This document shows positions 26,149 through 32,000 of a stretch of DNA of 32,000 bases, in pieces. The position numbers and the translations under genes are program-made. How positions within the stretch are numbered: the stretch's first letter is position 1; every line of letters starts with the position of its first letter. Source of the DNA: Sinorhizobium meliloti (GTDB lineage: Bacteria; Pseudomonadota; Alphaproteobacteria; Rhizobiales; Rhizobiaceae); assembly GCF_017876815.1 (NCBI RefSeq), contig NZ_JAGIOS010000002.1, positions 660,001 to 692,000 on the forward strand. Direction: 5' to 3'. The notes under the pieces are model-generated. The model did not search any database and was not told the DNA's origin. It saw nothing but the letters and a program-made list of their open reading frames with translations.

Positions 26149-26893
26149 CGGCATAGCTCCCGAGATAGGCTTCGCGCACACGCGGATCTTTGGTGACGTC
26201 GGCTGGAGAGCCGTCGAAGATGACCGTGCCGGCAGCAAGCACGATCACGCGCTTGGCGAAGCGGAAGACGAGATCCATGTCGTGCTCGATCATCAGCACG
26301 GCGAGGTCATCGGGAAGATCGGCGAGCGCCTGCTCGATGCGGCCCGTGTCGCTCTGCGGCACGCCGGCTGCCGGCTCGTCGAGCAGCAGCACCCTCGGTT
26401 TGAGCGCCAGGGCCACCGCGATCTCCAGCAGCCGCTGCTGGCCGTAGGCGATCTCGCGCACCGGCCGGTGCGCGAGATCGCGCAGGCCAAGCTTGCCGAG
26501 CAGGCTACCGGCCTCCGCCATCACCCCGGGCATCGCCAGGAAATTGCCGAACATGCGCCCCGCCCGGCCGTCGCGCTGCAGGACCGCGAGCGCCACGTGC
26601 TCGGCGGGCGTCATGTCCTGGAAAAGGCGCGTCACCTGGAACGAACGCACGAGTCCGCGGCGGACGCGGCCGATCGCGTCGACGTTGGTGACGGTTTCGC
26701 CGCCGATCCGTACCTCTCCGGCGTCCGGCTTCAGATTGCCGGTGACGAGATTGACGAAGGTCGTCTTGCCGGCACCGTTCGGGCCGATCAACGCGACGCG
26801 GTCGCCCGGTGCCATGGAAAAGCTGACATCGTTGGTGACGGCGAGACCGCCGAAGGAACGCTTGAGATTTCTGACTTCGAATATGGCGCTCAT
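26129..26893 (-). CDS. livG: HAAT ABC transporter ATP-binding protein, LivG-like
   Basis: The true start, MSAIFEVRNLKRSFGGL at ATG 26893, overlaps the livM stop (ATGA). Walker A GPNGAGKTT, signature AYGQQRLLEIA, Walker B VLLLDEPAAG. The 386-aa track ORF is an upstream run-in. Confidence 0.88.
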   Translation of the reverse strand: MSAIFEVRNLKRSFGGLAVTNDVSFSMAPGDRVALIGPNGAGKTTFVNLVTGNLKPDAGEVRIGGETVTNVDAIGRVRRGLVRSFQVTRLFQDMTPAEHVALAVLQRDGRAGRMFGNFLAMPGVMAEAGSLLGKLGLRDLAHRPVREIAYGQQRLLEIAVALALKPRVLLLDEPAAGVPQSDTGRIEQALADLPDDLAVLMIEHDMDLVFRFAKRVIVLAAGTVIFDGSPADVTKDPRVREAYLGSYADAGSAA

Positions 26894-27897
26894 CGGCCCG
26901 CCCCACGTCGCTGCGCGATGATCTCTGCGGCCGTGCCGTAAAGCCCTTTCGGCGCAAAGAGCACGACCGCGATCAACAGGGCCCCGACCATGGTCAGCCA
27001 ATGGAACGGGTTGGCCGCCGAGACGAGGTCTTCGAAGAACATGAAGACGATCGTGCCGGTAAGCGCCCCGATGAGCGAGCCGGTACCGCCGAGAACAAGC
27101 ATGACCAGGCTTTCGGCCGAGAGCGTGAAGGAGAGACTGTCGAGACCGACGACCTGCGTCGAGACGGCGTTGAGCGCCCCGCCAACGCCGGCGACCGCGC
27201 CGGAAATCACATACATCTTGAGGAGGGCGATCGTCGGCGACGCGCCCATCGCCCGAATGCGGATCGGGTCCTCCCTGATGCCGCGGCAAAGCATGCCGAA
27301 GGGCGAGCGCACGACGAGGCGCAGGAGCACGAAGACGATTGCGAGCAGCACGACGCCAAAGACATAGGCCGTGCGGCCCCAGAGGTCGAAGGCGAAAAGG
27401 CCGATGAGCGGATCGGGCGCGATGCCGGCCAATCCGTCGCTTCCCCCCGTCCAGGACGAGGCCTTGTTGGCGAATTCATGGAACAGATGGATGAGGGCGA
27501 TCGAGAGCACCAGCTGCGGGAGACCGTGCGCCCGAAGGATCACGACCCCGCAGGCGAGCCCCGCCAGCGCACCGCCGAAAATGCCGGCGGCGAGCATGAG
27601 GAGCGGATCGGTGATGCCGAAATGCACGGCCGCGATACCGGCGGCATAGGCGCCGCTGCCGAACAGCGCGGCATGGCCGAGCGTCGCGACGCCGCAATAG
27701 CCGGTGACGAGATCGAGCGAGAGTACCAGCAGCGCGATCGCTGTGATGCGGGTGAGCAGCGCCAGATTGTTCGGAAAGAAGAGATAGCCGATCCCGGCCA
27801 GCACGAGGATCACCGCGAGGCCCGCAAGATCGCGGCCGAGCCCCCGCCTGCCCGCAGAAAGTGCCGTGGCTGCTTCGTTCATCGTTGCCATGGTCAC
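26890..27897 (-). CDS. livM: HAAT ABC transporter permease, LivM-like
   Basis: 335-aa polytopic ORF abutting the livH stop. Possible starts are GTG 27897, ATG 27891 and ATG 27882. Typical LivM hydrophobic pattern (LDLVTGYCGVATLGHAALFGSGAY). Confidence 0.87.
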   Translation of the reverse strand: MTMATMNEAATALSAGRRGLGRDLAGLAVILVLAGIGYLFFPNNLALLTRITAIALLVLSLDLVTGYCGVATLGHAALFGSGAYAAGIAAVHFGITDPLLMLAAGIFGGALAGLACGVVILRAHGLPQLVLSIALIHLFHEFANKASSWTGGSDGLAGIAPDPLIGLFAFDLWGRTAYVFGVVLLAIVFVLLRLVVRSPFGMLCRGIREDPIRIRAMGASPTIALLKMYVISGAVAGVGGALNAVSTQVVGLDSLSFTLSAESLVMLVLGGTGSLIGALTGTIVFMFFEDLVSAANPFHWLTMVGALLIAVVLFAPKGLYGTAAEIIAQRRGAGR

Positions 27898-28761
27898 CTA
27901 CTTCATCCTCCCGGCAAGGCCGCGCGGAAATAGGCAGACGATGGCGATGACGGCGAGATAGAAGAAGAATTCCCCGAATTCCGGCATGAGATAGCGCCCC
28001 GTCGTATCGATGCCGCCAAGCAGCAGGCAGGCGGCAAGCGCACCCGGGATCGACCCTGCACCGCCGACGGAAACGACCACCAGGAAGGTGACCATGTATC
28101 TGAGCGCATAATAGGGCTCGACCGGCAGCAGTTCCGCGCCGACGACGCCGCCGAACGCGGCAAGGCCCACGGCGACGGCGAAACTCACGGCATAGACGAC
28201 CTCCGTGCGCACCCCGAGTGCTGCCGCCATCGCCGCATTGTCGACGGCGGCCCTGAGTTTCACCCCGAAGGCGGTCTTCTCGATGGCAAACCAGAGGGCT
28301 CCGGCAACGGCGAGGCCGCAGACGATCGCGAAGATCCGGTGCACGGCGATCGAACGGAAGCCGAGATCGGCGGAGCCCTCAAGGCTCGGCGGCAGCGGGA
28401 TCGTCTTGAGAGTCGGGCCGAAGACGTAGTTGGCAATGCCGATGATGCAGAAGCTGATCCCGATCGTCATCAGCACCTGAGTCAGCTCCGGCTGACCGTA
28501 GATGCGGCGGTAGAGCAGGCGCTCGATCGGGATGGCGATGACGATCGTGCCGAAGACCGCGATCAGCACCGCGGCGCCGTAGCCGAGCCCGAGATCACGC
28601 GCCGCATAGGATGCGATATAGCCGCCGATCATCGCAAAGGCGCCGTGGGCAAGATTGACGACGCGCATGAGGCCGAGCGTGACCGAAAGGCCGATCGAGA
28701 TCACGAACAGCACCATGCCATAGGCGAGCGCATCGACGGCTATGCTGAAGATGGTTTGCAT
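27898..28761 (-). CDS. livH: HAAT ABC transporter permease, LivH-like
   Basis: 287-aa polytopic ORF, ATG 28761 behind AGGATG. LivH-type motifs are present (GLMRVVNLAHGAFAMIGGY). Confidence 0.9.
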   Translation of the reverse strand: MQTIFSIAVDALAYGMVLFVISIGLSVTLGLMRVVNLAHGAFAMIGGYIASYAARDLGLGYGAAVLIAVFGTIVIAIPIERLLYRRIYGQPELTQVLMTIGISFCIIGIANYVFGPTLKTIPLPPSLEGSADLGFRSIAVHRIFAIVCGLAVAGALWFAIEKTAFGVKLRAAVDNAAMAAALGVRTEVVYAVSFAVAVGLAAFGGVVGAELLPVEPYYALRYMVTFLVVVSVGGAGSIPGALAACLLLGGIDTTGRYLMPEFGEFFFYLAVIAIVCLFPRGLAGRMK

Positions 28762-28862
28762 GAGCGCATCCTAACGCTGTGGCAAGGCTTCACCCTCGAT
28801 CCTCATTCCGGAAGGCTTCCGCCAAACCAACGATGCAGCCGTCGCATACAGCGGGCCGCCGA

Positions 28863-30035
28863 TCATTTCACCGCGGCTAGACCCGGATCGCCCTGTTTCT
28901 CGAAGGTCTGCATCTCCTTGTTGTAATAGGTGCCGTCATCGGCCTTGGCGACTTCGCGCAGATAGATGTTCTGGGTGATATGGCGCGATTCTGGGTCGAT
29001 CGAGACCGGCCCGCGGGGGCTTGTCCAGGAGAGCCCCTTCACGGCGTCGACCGCCTTCTGGGCATCCTGCTCGCCGCCTGTCGCCTCGATCATCTTGTAG
29101 ATGACATGCATGCCGTCATAGGCCCCGACCGCGGGGAAGGAAAGCTCGGCCGGATTGCCGATCGCCTTGCCGGCCGCCTCGACGAAGGCCTTGTTTTCCG
29201 GTGAGTCATGCGAAACGGCATAGTGAAAGGTCGTCTGCAGGCCGAGCGCGGCGTCGCCCAGCGCCGGCAGGTCGGATTCCTGGGTGAGGTCGCCCGGCGC
29301 GAAGAACTTGATGCCGCCATCCTTCAGGCCGTTTTCGTTGAACGCCTTGACGAAGCCGAGCGTCGTCGGGCCGGACGGCAGGAAGGCGAAGACGCCTTCG
29401 GCACCGGAATCCTTGATGCGCTGCATGATCGGCGAGAAATCGTTGGTCGAGAGCGGCATGCGGATCGCCTCGACGATCTCGCCGCCCGCCGCCTCGAAGC
29501 CGGCCTTGAATGCGTTCTCCGCATCGACACCCGGGCCGTAATCGCTGACCACGGAGATGATCTTCGAGACGCCGGCATCCTTCGCCACCTTGGCGATCGG
29601 CGTGGATGTCTGCCAAAGCGTGAAGGAGGTGCGCACCACGAGCGGGCTCTTGGTGACGATCGCCGACGTGGCGGCATTCATGATCACCAGCGGCACGTTC
29701 GCCTGCTCGAGCAGCGGCGTGACGGCCATCGCGTCGGGCGTGAAATAGAAGCCGGCGAGATATTGCACGCCTTCCTTTACGACCAGCTCCTGCGCCAGCG
29801 CCTTGGACTGGGCCGGGTCCGCCTGCGGCACGTCACGGTAGATGATCTCGATGTCGTCGTCGCCGACCTTGGCGCCGTTCACCGCCATATAGGCGTCGAT
29901 GCCCGCCTTGAAGTTCTTGCCCTGCAGCGCAAAGGGACCGGAAAACGGCCCGACGACTCCAACCTTGATCGTATCCGCCTGCGCCGCGACGCTCGTTGCC
30001 AGAGCCGCGAGCGCGGCCAGAATGATCCTTCTCAT
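28863..30035 (-). CDS. HAAT-family periplasmic substrate-binding protein (LivJ/LivK-like, type I PBP); ligand unknown
   Basis: 390 aa, with a strong GGGGGGAGGAAAT RBS. Signal peptide MRRIILAALAALATSVAAQA. The mature start DTIKVGVVGPFSGPFALQGK is typical of Leu/Ile/Val-binding-protein family members. It is the first gene of the five-gene operon. Confidence 0.9.
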   Translation of the reverse strand: MRRIILAALAALATSVAAQADTIKVGVVGPFSGPFALQGKNFKAGIDAYMAVNGAKVGDDDIEIIYRDVPQADPAQSKALAQELVVKEGVQYLAGFYFTPDAMAVTPLLEQANVPLVIMNAATSAIVTKSPLVVRTSFTLWQTSTPIAKVAKDAGVSKIISVVSDYGPGVDAENAFKAGFEAAGGEIVEAIRMPLSTNDFSPIMQRIKDSGAEGVFAFLPSGPTTLGFVKAFNENGLKDGGIKFFAPGDLTQESDLPALGDAALGLQTTFHYAVSHDSPENKAFVEAAGKAIGNPAELSFPAVGAYDGMHVIYKMIEATGGEQDAQKAVDAVKGLSWTSPRGPVSIDPESRHITQNIYLREVAKADDGTYYNKEMQTFEKQGDPGLAAVK

Positions 30036-30158
30036 ATTTCCTCCCCCCGCGACGTCCGCTACTCCCGGCCGGCATCGCTTCCTTTTACATCAATCGCGAT
30101 CGACAGCGGGCAGTCTGCCATGCCAAACGGTGATGCAAAAATGAAATATGGGCGGAAA

Positions 30159-30199
30159 TCCATAATCCCCCGGTTATTGTTTTGTGCGGGGATTATGGA
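30159..30199 (-). terminator. Long hairpin terminator downstream of the NitT/TauT-type ABC operon
   Basis: TCCATAATCCCC (30159-30170) pairs with GGGGATTATGGA (30188-30199): a 12-bp perfect stem with a 17-nt loop. It begins 16 nt after the ATPase stop on the minus strand and is followed there by a T-rich run (TTTCCGCCCATATTTCATTTTT). Confidence 0.55.
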
Positions 30200-30214
30200 G
30201 GAAGCGCGCGGGCC

Positions 30215-30985
30215 TTAGTGCAGTCCGAATTCCCGAAGCAGCTCCTGCCTGTAGCGCACGAAGCGTGCGCCGCTGCGATCGCGCGGCCGGGGCAAGTCGA
30301 TGTCGATCGCTCTCGGCGCTCCGTCCTTTTGCTTCGGCAGTATCAGGACACGATCCGCCAGATAGATGGCCTCCTCGAGATCGTGCGTGACCAGAACCAT
30401 CGTCACGTTCTCCTCCCGCCAGATGCGCTCGAGCTCCTGCTGCATCGTCAGTTTCGTCATCGCATCGAGAGCGCCCAGCGGCTCGTCGAGCAGCAGGATC
30501 TCGGGCTTTACCGTCAGCGCTCGCGCAAGCCCGACGCGCTGCGCCATTCCACCCGATAGCTGTTTCGGATAGGCATCCTGGAAATCGGCAAGGCCGACAA
30601 GCGAGATGTAGTGACGTGCACGCTGCTCGGCGCGTCCGGAATCCTCACCTCGGACCTTCAGGCCGAAGGCCACATTGCCGAGGACCGTCAGCCATGGAAG
30701 CAGCCGCGGCTCCTGGAAGATGACCGCGCGCTCTCTGCCCACACCGGCAACCGGCCGGCCGTCGATCAATACCCGGCCCGCATCGGCCGTCTCGAGACCC
30801 GCAAGAACCCGCAGCAATGTCGTCTTGCCCGATCCGCTTGCTCCCACGATGGCAAGGCATTCCCCGGACCGGATGTCCAGATTGAGGTTCCTTAGGACGC
30901 TGAGCGGCCGTCCGTTGATCTGGAAGGATTTCGAGAGATCGCGCAGCGCCACCTCCCCTCTGCGCAGGCTTCTGACTTCAGCCAT
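30215..30985 (-). CDS. NitT/TauT-family (nitrate/sulfonate/taurine-type) ABC transporter ATP-binding protein
   Basis: Walker A GASGSGKTT, signature LSGGMAQR, Walker B ILLLDEPLGALD. I prefer ATG 30985, 6 nt behind GAGGTG. GTG 30994, directly after the upstream stop, is an alternative. Confidence 0.87.
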   Translation of the reverse strand: MAEVRSLRRGEVALRDLSKSFQINGRPLSVLRNLNLDIRSGECLAIVGASGSGKTTLLRVLAGLETADAGRVLIDGRPVAGVGRERAVIFQEPRLLPWLTVLGNVAFGLKVRGEDSGRAEQRARHYISLVGLADFQDAYPKQLSGGMAQRVGLARALTVKPEILLLDEPLGALDAMTKLTMQQELERIWREENVTMVLVTHDLEEAIYLADRVLILPKQKDGAPRAIDIDLPRPRDRSGARFVRYRQELLREFGLH

Positions 30986-30995
30986 TTTCACCACC

Positions 30996-31988
30996 TCAAT
31001 TCGCCGCGGCGGACGTCGCGTCCGGCCGGAACAGAAGATCGGAAGCCTTGTATTTGCCCTGCGGCAGGCTGCCCTCGCGCTCGAGAACGCCGATCCAGAA
31101 ATCCAGATCGCGCTCGGTCGCTTGCGCGCCCTTCCGCAGGCCGAACCCCGTCCAATGCCTGGCGAGATCGCCGTTTTCGCCGCGCTCGGTCAGAATACGG
31201 GCCAGCACGGCCCGCGCTTCTTCCGGATGCTCGCGTGACCAGTCGGCGGCGCGCGCGGACTGTTCTACGAAGTTTCTGGCGGCCACCGGATTCTTCTCCA
31301 CGAAATCCCGCCTGAGAACCGCAAAACCGCCTGCAATTTCGCCGAGCACATCCGTGTCGTCGAAGACCGCGCGCACCCCGCCGTGATCGACGATCTGGCC
31401 GTTGAAGGTCGCCTGCCAGTATCCCACGGCGGCGATGTCGACCTGGTTCGACCGGAGCGTCTGTTCGAGCTGCGGCCCGGGTACGACGACGAGGTTCGCT
31501 GCGTTTTCGGGCAAGCCCTTGCCGTGCAGCGCCTCGCGTACCGCATAGTCGAGATGCGCCCCGAGCGTATTCACCGCGATCGTCTTACCTGCGATATCCT
31601 CGATGGTCCTGATCGGGCTGTCGTCGAGCACGTAGAAGATGCTCTTGACCTGCTCGTTGATTCCGTTGGTCGGAAAGGCCGCGACGAAATCGTTTCCGCC
31701 GGCGATCGAGTTGATGACGGCTGCGGTCGCCGCCGAGCCGATGTCGACGCTGCCGGAGGCAAGCGCAAACAGCGATGCGGGCCCGCCTCCCGCATAACCG
31801 ACATTCTCGAGCTTGATGCCGAGGTCGTCGAAATAGCCGAGCTCATAGGCGAGTTCGTGCGGCGATAGGCTGCCCTGGCTCGCAAGGAACCGGAGCGTCA
31901 CCGGTTCCGGAGCTTCTGCTGCCGCAAGGCTGGAAAGACCGATCGAGAACAGGCTGCCGAATGCGAGGGCGCGAATGGAAATCGTCAT
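30996..31988 (-). CDS. NitT/TauT-family periplasmic substrate-binding protein (NMT1/SsuA/TauA-like)
   Basis: 330 aa with signal peptide MTISIRALAFGSLFSIGLSSLAAAEA. It is directly upstream of the matching ATPase gene. The permease gene is presumably beyond the right edge of the window. Confidence 0.82.
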   Translation of the reverse strand: MTISIRALAFGSLFSIGLSSLAAAEAPEPVTLRFLASQGSLSPHELAYELGYFDDLGIKLENVGYAGGGPASLFALASGSVDIGSAATAAVINSIAGGNDFVAAFPTNGINEQVKSIFYVLDDSPIRTIEDIAGKTIAVNTLGAHLDYAVREALHGKGLPENAANLVVVPGPQLEQTLRSNQVDIAAVGYWQATFNGQIVDHGGVRAVFDDTDVLGEIAGGFAVLRRDFVEKNPVAARNFVEQSARAADWSREHPEEARAVLARILTERGENGDLARHWTGFGLRKGAQATERDLDFWIGVLEREGSLPQGKYKASDLLFRPDATSAAAN

Positions 31989-32000
31989 GTGTCACCTTTT

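Noticed and set aside
26120-30218. Plus-strand ORFs of 195-336 aa (26120-26941, 27001-27933, 28339-28926, 29208-30218) opposite the HAAT transporter genes
   Set aside because: Antisense shadows of minus-strand genes that carry Walker motifs, permease hydrophobicity or a signal peptide.

Overview
High-GC, densely coding alphaproteobacterial DNA of Rhizobiaceae type. From memory, the gene order resembles the Sinorhizobium/Ensifer meliloti pSymB megaplasmid; I cannot verify that here. I support 30 protein genes. I see no rRNA, tRNA, IS element or CRISPR array. Left to right: (1) propionate-to-succinyl-CoA genes pccB (5' truncated), pccA and a single-chain B12 methylmalonyl-CoA mutase. (2) A divergent phnF regulator and a translationally coupled C-P lyase core, phnGHIJKL, plus a hexapeptide acyltransferase, with a Pho-box-like direct repeat and a palindrome in the control region. 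(3) A roughly 7 kb minus-strand operon (PdxA-like dehydrogenase, tctCBA transporter, TIM-barrel isomerase, fused DhaK-DhaL kinase) with a divergent FCD-type GntR regulator. This looks like an uncharacterised acid-sugar route. (4) A low-GC three-TM protein whose layout recalls Pycsar TM effectors, lying back to back with an operon for a giant FecR-TPR-beta-barrel outer-membrane protein (nsrA-like). That gene is translationally coupled to a CHASE2 class III adenylate cyclase (cyaK-like). (5) A five-gene branched-chain-type (HAAT) ABC importer. (6) The end of a NitT/TauT-type ABC operon. Three intergenic regions carry copies of a roughly 110-125 bp palindrome-rich, MITE-like (RIME-type) element. 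Most long extra ORFs in the track are antisense or out-of-frame shadows of the high-GC genes. The most interesting candidate system is block 4, the sensor-cyclase-effector-like locus, followed by the block 3 operon. Both functional proposals are inferences that need searches and experiments.
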